Below are positions 27,149-39,104 of a stretch of DNA of 64,000 nt, one piece after another (the stretch's first letter is position 1; every line of letters starts with the position of its first letter). The DNA lies in NCBI GenBank assembly GCA_964016885.1, contig OZ024740.1, forward strand, positions 216,504,001-216,568,000. Reading direction: 5' to 3'. A model generated the notes under the pieces. The model worked only from the letters and a program-made list of their open reading frames with translations, did no database searches and had not been told where the DNA came from. The translations under genes were made by a program, and so were the position numbers. The DNA is from Eledone cirrhosa. Taxonomy: Eukaryota.

Positions 27149-27686
27149 TTAATCTGTTATTTTAATAAATATATATATGTGTGTGTGTGTATATATATAT
27201 GCGTGTGTGTGTGTGTATATATATACGTGTGTGTGTGTATATATATGTGTGTGTGTATATATATATATGTGTGTATATATATATGTGTGTATATATATAT
27301 ATGTGTATATATATATATGTGTGTGTATATATATATGTGTATATATATATGTGTGTGTATATATATATATGTGTGTATATATATGTGTGTATATATATAT
27401 GTGTATAAATATATGTGTATATATATGTGTGTATATATATATATGTGTGTGTATATATATATATGCGTATATATATGTGTATATATGTATATATATATGT
27501 GTGTATATGTATATATATATATGTGTATATGTATATATATATGTGTGTATATATATATATGTATATATATGTATGTGTGTGTGTATATACATACACACAC
27601 ATACATATATACATATATACACATATATATACACATATATATATATATACACACACATATATATATATACACACACATATATATAA

Positions 27687-28068
27687 TAATAAAAATGAAA
27701 AAATGTTAGATCTTCATTACGTTTATTGAAGTGTTACACGTGTTTCATGATTGATCAGCTCAAGGTTCGATCTGTATCAATAGAGGTGTATATAACTCTG
27801 GAATCAAAAGCTCGTTGAATTTCTTTCATTACCATAACAGAAGTCCAACGAGCTTTTGAGTCCAGAGTCAGGCCAGATTGATACAGATCAAACCATGAGC
27901 TGATCAATCAGGAAATGCACGTAACACCTTAAACGTAATGAAAATCTAACACTTTGTCCTTTTTATTACACTCTGCTTAGTATAACACCAATATACCTAC
28001 TGGAAACTACGCATCAAGTGCTCTCTCAGGTGAACCTACAGTAACTGGACGTTACAATCCCTAAACTA
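27687..28068. mobile_element. Foldback (27687-27968) plus tail; arms carry half-hammerhead remnants
   Basis: Long hairpin; arms contain stem II-GAAA-CACGUG/UGCACG-UA but no CUGANGA. Confidence 0.65.
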
Positions 28069-28526
28069 TATATAAAACACTAAATGTTTTATTACAGTGA
28101 AAACATGTTCTCATTAAGTCATCTAATAGTACCACATGTACTACATGTTCTTATTGTGTTCCTCCATCAGTGATTGAAGACTGGCTACACAAATGTTGAC
28201 ATTTATGTGTCTTCAGGTGGTTGATGACATGAATTCTTGCACCGAAATAATGCTTTCTGATTTAGGCACAAGGCTAACAATTTTTTGGAGCAGTCTATTA
28301 AATCGACCCTGTGCATTACTGGTATTTTATTTTATCGACTTCATAAGAATGAAAGGCGAAGCCAACCAGAACGTAAAGGGGCGTAACTCTGTGCTTCAAG
28401 GCATGTCTGATCCTCTACTTATACTGCCAATCCTCCACCCTTAACCAATGATGATAATTTTTTATTTCAACACAAAGATAGCAATTTGAGTAAATGGTGA
28501 AAGTCGATCACACTGGCCCCACCGCT

Positions 28527-28875
28527 GGTGCTTTTGTTTCTACCAACCCTAGTGCTGCTTTGTTTCTACCAACCCTAGTGCTGCTTTGTTTCTACCAACC
28601 CTAGTGCTGTTTTGTTTCTACCAACCCTAGTGCTGTTTTGTTTCTACCAACCCTAGTGCTGCTTTGTTTCTACCAACCCTAGTGCTGCTTTGTTTCTACC
28701 AATCCTAGTGCTGTTTTGTTTCTACCAACCCTAGTGCTGCTTTGTTTCTACCAACCCTAGTGCTGCTTTGTTTCTACCAACCCTAGAGCTGCTTTGTTTC
28801 TACCAACCCTAGTGCTGTTTTGTTTCTACCAACCCTAGTGCTGTTTTGATTCTACCAATCCTAGTGCTGTTTTGT
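28527..28875. repeat. 26-bp minisatellite, ~13 copies
   Basis: tagtgctg(c/t)tttgtttctaccaaccc. Confidence 0.95.
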
Positions 28876-30835
28876 TATTATTCACCCCAGAGTGGTGAAG
28901 AGCGAAACTGATATCAACAGGATTTGAACAAACGTTGCATTTCATTTTGTCCAACAGTCAAACAATTCTGCCAGTCTGAGGCCTTAATTTCTTTCATCTG
29001 CCACAAGGGCTGAACATGCTGACAATAATACATGTAAAGTATTGTTCAACAGTAACAATGAAGAACAATAATAATGGTTTCTTATATAGGCACAATGCCA
29101 GCAATTTTTTGGGGGAAGGGAAAGTCGATTAAATTGACCCCAGTGCATTACTGGTACTTTATTTTATTGACCCCGTAAGGATGAAAGGCAAAGTTAACCT
29201 CAACAACAACAACAGCAACTATAGATACTGAGCAGTAACAACAACAACAACTATAGATACTGAGCAGTAAGTGTACAACAACAACAACAACAACGTTCAG
29301 AGTTCAAATCCTGCTGGAGTTAGCCTTGCCTTTCATCCTTACGGTGTTGATAATATAAAATACCAGTAACACGCTGGGGTCAATTTAATCGACCCCCCCC
29401 CCCCCCCCAATGCCTTGTGCCAAAGGTAGAAACAATTATAATTGGTTAAAGTGTTGGCAGAATCAGTAGAGCATTGGACAAAATACTTTGTGGTATTTGT
29501 TTGGACATTTTCTGAGTTCAAATCCTGCTGAGGTCAGTTTTATCTTTTGTCCTTCCTTGACCAATAATAATTCCTCCTTTCGTCTCAATTGCTGGCCTTG
29601 TGCCTAAATTACAAACATTGGATTGGCAGTATCGGGTTCAAATCTCGCCGAGGTTAACTTTGCCTTTCATCCTTACGGGGTTGATAAAATAAAGTACCAG
29701 TAATGTACTCTGGGTAATTGCTGGCCTTGTGCCAAAAGTAGAAACAATTATTATTAACAACATTCGGCATCTTTTCTTTATATTATCTCCTTGTCTCGCT
29801 CTCTCACTCTCTTTCTCTCTCTCTCTTTCTTTCTCTCTCTCTCTTTCTTTCTCTCTCTCTCTTTCTCACTCTCTTTCTTTCTCTCTTTCTCACTCTCTTT
29901 CTTTCTCTCTTTCTCACTCTCTTTCTTTCTCTCTTTCTCACTCACTTTTTCTCTCTCTCACTCTCTTTCTCTCTCCCTCTCTCTTCTCACTCTTTCTCTC
30001 TTCCTCACTTTCTTTCTCTCTCCCTTTCTCATTGTCTCTTTCTCTTTTCCCTTTCTCATTCTCTCTTTCTCTTTTCCCTTTCTCTTTTTCACTTTCTCTT
30101 TCTTTATCACTCACTCTCATTCTCTCTCTCTCACTCTCAGTTTAGTACCTTCTTTCTTAAACTCTCCTGTTTTACTTTCTTTTCGTCCCCTCTCTCTATC
30201 TTCCTCTGTCTTTCATCCCCCTCATTTCACTCCCCCTGTCATATTATTTCTCTGCCTCTCCACTTTTCTATTCCCATCTTTCATATTTTATATTTCTTCT
30301 TTTTATTTATCATTTTATTTTCTTTATCTTTACACACACATGCTTATACATACATATCGATATATATATATGTAAGTGTGCATATATATATATATGGTGG
30401 CTGCCAACTCGTTTTCGAGTACGGCCACTACTTTATATCCATGTAGGAGAACTCGTACCGATGCACTGAACGTGTGTGACTTTTTAGTCCAGCCAGCGAC
30501 TTGAAAACTCTGGTACAAACACTACACTTGTGACAATTATTGACACATAGTGCTGGGCCCATGGTACCATGTGATGACAAGTGCAGAGATATCTCCAGAT
30601 ATAAAGCAATGCCTGTGCCGTGAAGCTTTTATAGTGAGCAAAGGCACTGCACAAAGCCAGTCCCACTCTCTTAACCAAGATGATATTTACCAAAAAGACG
30701 AACAAGTCAACATCATTGGATACCATCAGGGTTGCAGGTGTTATATCAGAGTTTTCCTTCTCCTAGAATTCTGCCTTGACAAAGGCTAAGGCGCCATCTC
30801 TCTATCTATATATATATATGCATATATATATATAT

Positions 30836-30924
30836 AAATAAAAATAACAGGAGGCTGGACTGGTGTAAATCCTTGATAGGTTTATTATACTATGATCATT
30901 TCAATGACTGGGTTCCATATGAAT
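30836..30924 (-). mobile_element. Truncated family-4 PLE terminus (half HHR)
   Basis: Matches ~19650-19740; stops within stem II. Confidence 0.8.
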
Positions 30925-30984
30925 GGAAGGCAACTGGTGCGTGTATTTCTTATTGGCAACATGACCTTCCCAAAGCATAACAAC

Positions 30985-31033
<49 letters not shown>

Positions 31034-31267
31034 AATATATATATATATATACAAATATATATATATACAAATATATATATATATATATATACAAATATAT
31101 ATATATATATATACAATTTTATATATATATATATATATATATACCAATATATATATATATATACAAATATATATATATATATATATACAAATATATATAT
31201 ATATATACAAATATATATATCTATATATTTGTATATATATATATATATACAAATATATATATATATT

Positions 31268-31307
<40 letters not shown>

Positions 31308-31537
31308 AATATATATATATATATATATTTGTATATATATATATATATATATATACAAATATATATATATACAAATATATATATATATATACAAATATAT
31401 ATATATATATATATTTGTATATATATATATATATATATATACAAATATATATATATACAAATATATATATATATACAAATATATATATATATATATACAA
31501 ATATAAACATATATACAAATATATATATATATATTTG

Positions 31538-31568
<31 letters not shown>

Positions 31569-31856
31569 ATATATATATATACAAATATAAATATATATAC
31601 AAATATATATATATATATTTGTATATATATATATTTATATATATATATATATATATATATACAAATATAAATATATATACAAATATATATATATATATTT
31701 GTATATATATATATATATACAAATATAAATATATATACAAATATATATATATATATATTTGTATATATATATATATATATTTGTATATATATATATATAT
31801 TTGTATATATATATATATATATTTGTATATATATATATATATTTGTATATATATAT
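30985..31856. repeat. (TA)n array with ACAAAT and ATTTGT interruptions
   Basis: Both orientations of the same hexamer are interspersed. Confidence 0.9.
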
Positions 31857-31964
31857 AATGTAGGAGGTGAGTTTTATTGTAGTACAATAAAGCAATGCAG
31901 ATATCGGATAAGTTTGATATAATATGATATGAAGGTTAAAAACATGAGACATGATATGAGACAT

Positions 31965-32078
31965 GAGACATGATATGAAGGTTAAAAAACACTTGTGAAT
32001 AGTGCAGTTTTAAATCAACATATGTTGATTTAAAACTGCACTATTCACAAGTGTTTTTTAACCTTCATATCATGTCTC
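31965..32078. repeat. Perfect 114-bp spacerless palindrome
   Basis: Centred on caacat|atgttg (32021/32022). Confidence 0.9.
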
Positions 32079-32080
32079 CC

Positions 32081-32151
32081 TATTTTATCTGACGAAAAAG
32101 CAAATGTCATTGCATGATGATATTTGTTTTTGAAATGCGCATAATAAAATA
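32081..32151 (+). ncRNA. Type I hammerhead ribozyme, 16-bp stem II
   Basis: UAUUUUAU-CUGACGA-AAAAGCAAAUGUCAUU-GCAU-GAUGAUAUUUGUUUUU-GAAA-UGCGCA-UA^AUAAAAUA. Confidence 0.9.
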
Positions 32152-32201
32152 CATGGAACTCTTTTAACCATCTTTTGATCTTATATATATATATACATAT
32201 T

Positions 32202-32254
<53 letters not shown>

Positions 32255-32420
32255 ATATATATATATATATATGCATGCATATATATATGCATATATATAT
32301 GTATATATATATATATATGCATATATATATATGTATCTATATATATGCATATATATATATATACGTGGGAAAGTAAAAAATCGGAGAATAGACCGTTAAA
32401 ACATGTTTATTTAAAATATC

Positions 32421-32457
32421 ACCTACGTACGTTTCGCCCAGTTGGGCTTCTCAAGGG
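32421..32457 (-). ncRNA. Minimal hammerhead, U3-A8 variant, weak stem I
   Basis: CC-UUGAGAA-GCCC-AACU-GGGC-GAAA-CGUACG-UA^GG; followed by AATAAA and a TA tract. Confidence 0.65.
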
Positions 32458-32562
32458 CATAAATAATCACAAGTGTTCCTTATATTGCTCGGAAAGAGTT
32501 TTTGGGGTTAAACCCACATTAAATTCAGAAACGATATATATATATGCATATATATATATATA

Positions 32563-32706
<144 letters not shown>

Positions 32707-33118
32707 TATATATATATATATGCATATATATATATGTGGATATATATATATATGTTGATATATATATATATATATGCATATATATATATATATATATATG
32801 CATATATATATATGCATATATATATATATGCATATATAGATATATAAATATATATATATATGCATATATATATATATATATGCATATATATATATATATA
32901 TATGCATATATATATATCTATATATATATGCATATATATATGCATATATATATATATATATATGCATATATATATATCTATATATGCATATATATATATA
33001 TATATATGCATATATATATATATATATATATGCATATATATATATATGCATATATATATATTTATATATCTATATATGCATATATATATATATGCATATA
33101 TATGTATATATATATATG

Positions 33119-33191
<73 letters not shown>

Positions 33192-33195
<4 letters not shown>

Positions 33196-33428
33196 ATAAT
33201 AATAAATTTGAAGACTAAAATCCAAAGAGGGCTTGATAAGGATAAATATATATCAAATATATAAGAACCGTAGAGCAAATATTTATTAAAATAACAGATT
33301 AAAGTTTAAGCAAAGAATCTCGTTTTTCACTCTTAACGGGATCTTCTGAAACTAGTTTCGGAAGATCCCGCTAAGGGTGAAAGCAGCGATTCTTTGCTTA
33401 AACTTTAACCTGTTATTTTGATAAATAT
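33192..33428. mobile_element. Family-2 foldback with two abutting head-to-head hammerheads (33303-33353 -, 33354-33404 +)
   Basis: Spacerless palindrome 33279-33428 centred on aaact|agttt; + copy core CGGAAGA, - copy has a damaged stem III. Confidence 0.75.
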
Positions 33429-33553
33429 ATATATATATATAGTAATAATAATAAAATTGAAGACTAAAATCCGATTCTTTGCTTAAACTTTAATCTGTTA
33501 TTTTAATAAATATATATATATATCTATATCATATATATATATATATATATATC

Positions 33554-33586
<33 letters not shown>

Positions 33587-33600
33587 AGGAACCAGTAAGA

Positions 33601-33692
33601 CCCCGACAGCTGAGCTCAAGCCGTTTCGACGGCTAATTCTGGACTAAATGAACATTTATCCTGGTATTTAAATAGCCGATCTTCTCAAGGGG
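33601..33692 (-). ncRNA. Hammerhead ribozyme, U3-A8 variant (inverted pLTR copy)
   Basis: Reverse complement of 36076-36167. Confidence 0.8.
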
Positions 33693-34049
33693 TAATTCCA
33701 TATATGGTCAAAGTGATTGTCAAAAATCAGTAGTAATTCTGTGGTTGCAGATTAGTAGGGGAGATGGTGGCTAAACCTGCCAGTAGGAGAAAGAGGGGAG
33801 GGGGTGGAGTAGACCCAATCAAGCGTTGGTAGTGCCAGCTACAGCTGGGCATGAGGTCAAAGAAGATACAGGGGAGGGGGAGGGGGAGGAAGTCGGAACG
33901 GTAGGTAGAACAATGGGGGGTAAAAATAGGAAAGAAAAAATACTGAGAGTGAAGAAAAGCAAATAAGTGTAAAGAAAAAATTAAATTCTACGACCTAGGT
34001 GTCAGGCTATTGTTAGGCGAGAATAAAATAAAGAAAGAAAGAAAGAAGT

Positions 34050-34976
34050 AAACCTAATGACAATCTGCACTACATCCACCGCCGATCAAACCATCCTAGG
34101 AACATCACAAACAACCTGGTCAAAAACATCTCCCTCCGCATATCCCGTTTGTCAGCTAATGAGCGGATATTCGATGAACATGCGCCTTATTACAACCAGG
34201 CCCTCAAGCGGAGTGGTTTCCGGGAGGAAATATCCTACTGTCCAGATCCCATTAGCGGAACCAGCAGGAGACACCGCCGCTCACGCAATGTAACATGGTT
34301 CAATCCTCCCCACAACGCAGAGGTGACTACTCCCATCGGGAAACTATTCTTTAGGCTCATTGAAAAACACTTCCCATTACAACACCGCTACCACAACATA
34401 ATTAACAAAAATACCATCAAACTCTCTTACAGCACTACACCAAACTTCGCACAAAACATCGTCTCCTCTAACAACAAAAAACTCAACCCCGATGGCAGAA
34501 ATAACCTAAATAGCAGTGGAGAACCGACCAGGAGGTGTAACTGCCCGGATAGATCTATTTGCCCACTCGACAATAGATGCAGAGACCGTAATGTGATCTA
34601 CCAGTGCAACGTGAGGACGGATACCTCCAACAAAGCCTATATAGGACTTACCGCATGTGACTTCAAGACCCGGCTATACCAACATAGACATACCTTCCGA
34701 AACCCGGCCCGGCGTCACGCCACTACACTTTCGGGCCACATATGGGACCTCAAGGACAACAACATTACCTATGATCTCACTTGGAGATTACTGTCCAGAG
34801 CCAATTCTTACACGGGAGGACGCCGTCCGTGCAATTTATGCTCGGAGGAAACTTTACAAATGCTGTTTTCGACGGACCAACTCCTAAACAAGAAAGATGA
34901 ACTGGTTACTGCATGTAAACATAGATTGCGTAGGACTTACCTCGCCCTCAAACCCCATAATGACCCGGGGGGGTAG
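34050..34976 (+). CDS. PLE RT thumb, CxCx5Cx5C linker and GIY-YIG endonuclease (5'-truncated, uninterrupted)
   Basis: KPNDNLHYIHRRSNHP, WFNPP, CNCPDRSICPLDNRC, VIY...YIGLT..FKTR...H, CNLC..E, LLNK..EL...CKH. Confidence 0.9.
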   Translation, partial: KPNDNLHYIHRRSNHPRNITNNLVKNISLRISRLSANERIFDEHAPYYNQALKRSGFREEISYCPDPISGTSRRHRRSRNVTWFNPPHNAEVTTPIGKLFFRLIEKHFPLQHRYHNIINKNTIKLSYSTTPNFAQNIVSSNNKKLNPDGRNNLNSSGEPTRRCNCPDRSICPLDNRCRDRNVIYQCNVRTDTSNKAYIGLTACDFKTRLYQHRHTFRNPARRHATTLSGHIWDLKDNNITYDLTWRLLSRANSYTGGRRPCNLCSEETLQMLFSTDQLLNKKDELVTACKHRLRRTYLALKPHNDPGG

Positions 34977-36075
34977 ACTAGGGCTATAACACCCCAGTTG
35001 CCGATTTTGCAATGGGTAACCCCTGCTTGCCAAGGAAGACGTAAGATCTTCTTTGTATTCTTTTATCGCATCCTTTATTTCCTTCCCCCCTCTCTCCTTT
35101 GTCCTTCTACCCCAGCTCTTCTCCTTTGTCGGCGTCTTTTCTCGCCCACCCGAGGATGCCCTTTGGCCCCATGTAGCCTTAGTACCCCCACTCCCCCCTC
35201 CCCTAGTCTTTGATAGATTTGGCGGACTCCGCCCTTTATAGCAGTTGGCTTAGACCCCGGATACTTGCCCCCCTTTTCCGACCGCTCCCACTATTCTCTG
35301 TGCCCTCTATATTTCTTAGTGGCACTTATGCCTTATTTTTTCGTTTCAGTATTTCTTGCTTCGCTTTTCTTTTGGGCGGGGTGGATTCTGAACTTATTTC
35401 TCCGTATTCTACCTTTATTTCGTACGAACTTTCTTGTAGCTTGTTTTAGATCTTTTAGAGTTAGCATTAGTATATATTTTTCCCGGGACTCAGAATTATT
35501 ATGTCGTACAAGTTCACTTTGCTGCACTGGGTCGTTGCTGGCCCGGGATGGAAACCTTTATTGTTTATTTCGTGGTAGTCTCTTTAGTATTTTGGCCCCT
35601 TTTGTTGACCAGTCACCGTATCATTTACGTACTTATACCTCTTAAAAGGGTCCTTGCCTAATTCGTCCCACCTAGTTCTTTTACTTATTTCCTTATTTAT
35701 TTATTTATTTATTTATTTACTTCTTTCTTTCTTTCTTTATTTTATTCTCGCCTAACAATAGCCTGACACCTAGGTCGTAGAATTTAATTTTTTCTTTACA
35801 CTTATTTGCTTTTCTTCACTCTCAGTATTTTTTCTTTCCTATTTTTACCCCCCATTGTTCTACCTACCGTTCCGACTTCCTCCCCCTCCCCCTCCCCTGT
35901 ATCTTCTTTGACCTCATGCCCAGCTGTAGCTGGCACTACCAACGCTTGATTGGGTCTACTCCACCCCCTCCCCTCTTTCTCCTACTGGCAGGTTTAGCCA
36001 CCATCTCCCCTACTAATCTGCAACCACAGAATTACTACTGATTTTTGACAATCACTTTGACCATATATGGAATTA

Positions 36076-36167
36076 CCCCTTGAGAAGATCGGCTATTTAA
36101 ATACCAGGATAAATGTTCATTTAGTCCAGAATTAGCCGTCGAAACGGCTTGAGCTCAGCTGTCGGGG
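36076..36167 (+). ncRNA. Hammerhead ribozyme, U3-A8 variant, in PLE pLTR
   Basis: CCCC-UUGAGAA-GAUCGGCUA...UAGCCGUC-GAAACGGCU-UGAGCUC-AGCUGUC^GGGG. Confidence 0.8.
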
Positions 36168-36319
36168 TCTTACTGGTTCCTATTACCCACTCTACTACCT
36201 CAAGTATTGAGTACTTTGGTGCGTTATGGTCCACCTGGTTCCTTACCACATTTCCTTCGTTATTATATATATATATATATATATCATATATATATATATA
36301 TATATATCATATATATATC

Positions 36320-36352
<33 letters not shown>

Positions 36353-36413
36353 GATATATATATATATATATCATATATATATATATATATATATCATATA
36401 TATATATATATAT

Positions 36414-36845
36414 ATGACTTGGGATGAGGTGATAAAAGCCGACCTTACCCAACTACACCTCTCAAAGTCAATGACACACGACCGTGACTTCTGGCGTCAC
36501 GCAGTAATACAGGGTACCCGACCTCCCATGGGTACATGCTGAAGCATATAAACAACATCCCCCCCCCCCCCACCGCAAGGTGGTCGTGGAGGTGCCACGG
36601 CAAAAAAGCACCCAGCCCACACTGTAAAGTGGACGTGTAGGCGCCACGAAAAAGCACCCAGCACTCACTGTAAATGAGGTTGGTGTTAGGAAGGGCATCC
36701 AGCTGTAGAAATCAAGCCAGATCAGTTCCTGTATGAGCAAGGCATGGTCAGCCGACCAGACACTGCCCACAACAGGACAACCCGTCTAACCCATGCTAGC
36801 GTGGAAGAACGGACGTAAAACGGTGATGATGATGATGATGATGAT
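36414..36845 (+). mobile_element. RTE LINE subfamily A, 3' fragment
   Basis: MTWDEVIKADLTQLHLSK; near-identical to ~54139-54567; (gat)n tail. Confidence 0.9.
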
Positions 36846-36874
36846 ATATCATATATATATATATATATATATAT

Positions 36875-36949
<75 letters not shown>

Positions 36950-36963
36950 TATATATATATATA

Positions 36964-37036
<73 letters not shown>

Positions 37037-37057
37037 TATATATATATATATATATAT

Positions 37058-37092
<35 letters not shown>

Positions 37093-37146
37093 TATATATA
37101 TATATATATATATATTGGTAAACGGAATAGATATATATATATATAT

Positions 37147-37218
<72 letters not shown>

Positions 37219-37234
37219 TATATATATATATATA

Positions 37235-37321
<87 letters not shown>

Positions 37322-37383
37322 TATATATATATATATACATACGATATATTAACAAATGGAAACTATATTTATAAAACCATATT

Positions 37384-37448
37384 TATTTCATTATACATAT
37401 TTCAAGGACACCAAATTAAATTATGGTGTGCTTTCATCAGATAAAATA
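37384..37448 (-). ncRNA. Type I hammerhead ribozyme (family 3)
   Basis: UAUUUUAU-CUGAUGA-AAGCACACCA...UGGUGUCCUU-GAAA-UAUGUA-UA^AUGAAAUA. Confidence 0.8.
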
Positions 37449-37577
37449 TAATATAGATCAGTTTTATAAATAAATATTGACATACCCTTAAAGAATTCGA
37501 CCATTTTTGTTGGATGCTCCCGGATAGTCATTCTTTAAGGGTATGTCAATATTTATTTATAAAACTGATCTATATTA

Positions 37578-37642
37578 TATTTTATCTGATGAAAGCACAC
37601 CATAATTTAACTTGGTGTTCTTGAAATATGTATAATTAAATA
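37578..37642 (+). ncRNA. Type I hammerhead ribozyme (family 3)
   Basis: Inverted twin of 37384-37448; one stem I mismatch. Confidence 0.75.
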
Positions 37643-38141
37643 AATATCGTTTTATAAATATAGTTTCCATTTGTTAATATATCGTATTTTTACTTCAATA
37701 ATTTATTGAGTGCTTTATATCAGTTATAAAAATATTTGATTGTTGTATCCCAACAATTTAAATAGAACTTCTACATATATATGCATATATATTTATATGT
37801 AATAAATATAGACAGCTACTGACCTGGTTCCCACCTGACTGTAAAATACAAAATAGTTAGTTACTATATTCTTTAGATCCATTAATTAATTAAATTCATT
37901 TTCTATATCATTTATTCATATTTTCTTTTGTGGTCTGTTCACTTCCTCCCCCCTTCTCCTCAATTTACATTCCAACTAAGTACATACATGCACACATATA
38001 CACCTCTATATGTACATATATAATTATCTATCTATGCATCTGTATGTATTGCCATATATATAATAGGAAAATGTCTAACTCCGACAGCAGAGCTCATATA
38101 CATATATATATTCATGTGTATATATATATATATATATATTC

Positions 38142-38212
<71 letters not shown>

Positions 38213-38347
38213 TGTATGTATATATATATACATGTATGTATATATATATATTCATGTATATATATTTATTCATGTATATATCTCTATATATATATTCATG
38301 TATATATGTATATAGATATTTATTCATGTATATATATATATATATTC

Positions 38348-38392
<45 letters not shown>

Positions 38393-38652
38393 TGTATGTA
38401 TATATATATACATGTATGTATATATATATATTCATGTATATATATATATTCATGTATATATGTATATAGATATTTATTCATGTATATATCTCTATATATA
38501 TATATTCATGTATATATGTATATAGATATTTATTCATGTATATATGTATATAGATATTTATTCATGTATATATCTCTATATATATATATTCATGTATATA
38601 TGTATATAGATATTTATTTATGTATATACTATATATATATATGTTCACGTAT

Positions 38653-38687
<35 letters not shown>

Positions 38688-38690
38688 CGT

Positions 38691-39104
38691 ACATCCTCCA
38701 CCCGGCTTTCATTCTTGTTCCCATTCCCGCTGCAACACTTGTCCCTTCATTTCCACCCTCACCACTTTTATAGACTCTAACAGGTCTTTCCGTATCTGCC
38801 ACTCTTTCACCTGCACATCTATGCCCTCCGGTGTTCCCTTTGCGGGTCTTTATACATTGGACAAACGGCCCGCTGTATGGCGGACCGTTTTGCTGAGCAT
38901 TTGAGGGACTCATGACTCAGTTTGGATACTCCTGTCGCCCATAATTTTTGTTCTCCTGGTCATTCTTAACAACATATTTCAGTCCTGGGTGTCCTATTAC
39001 ATCATGGATCACAGGCTTCGCGCACCAGGGCTAAACAAAGTCTGATTCACCGCCTTGGGTCCTATTCCCCTCATGGATTCAACTCACCGCCCCAATTTGT
39101 GTAA
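38691..39104 (+). pseudogene. Neptune-like PLE Zn-finger linker and GIY-YIG endonuclease remnant
   Basis: [11 protein letters not shown]...SFTCTS, frameshift, then YALRCSLCGSLYIGQTARCMADRFAEHLRD...PVAHNF...GH...LIHRLGSYSPHGFN, with stops. Confidence 0.85.

Larger units (their letters stand above)
26507..27172. mobile_element. PLE-derived foldback element (family 2), ~245-bp arms
   Basis: 26606-26850 inverted to 26929-27172; TA tracts on both sides. Confidence 0.85.
33585..36262 (+). mobile_element. 5'-truncated Penelope-like element with inverted pseudo-LTR (motifs fit the Hydra clade)
   Basis: 468-bp inverted repeat 33585-34052 / 35716-36183; RT-thumb plus GIY-YIG ORF; HHR; inserted in (TA)n. 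Confidence 0.9.
37339..37780. mobile_element. Family-3 foldback element, 158-bp arms, one hammerhead per arm
   Basis: 37339-37496 inverted to 37530-37687, followed by a unique tail and TA. Confidence 0.85.

Noticed and set aside
34050-34976. Selenocysteine-containing or Naiad-type PLE
   Set aside because: No in-frame TGA, and the endonuclease is C-terminal rather than N-terminal
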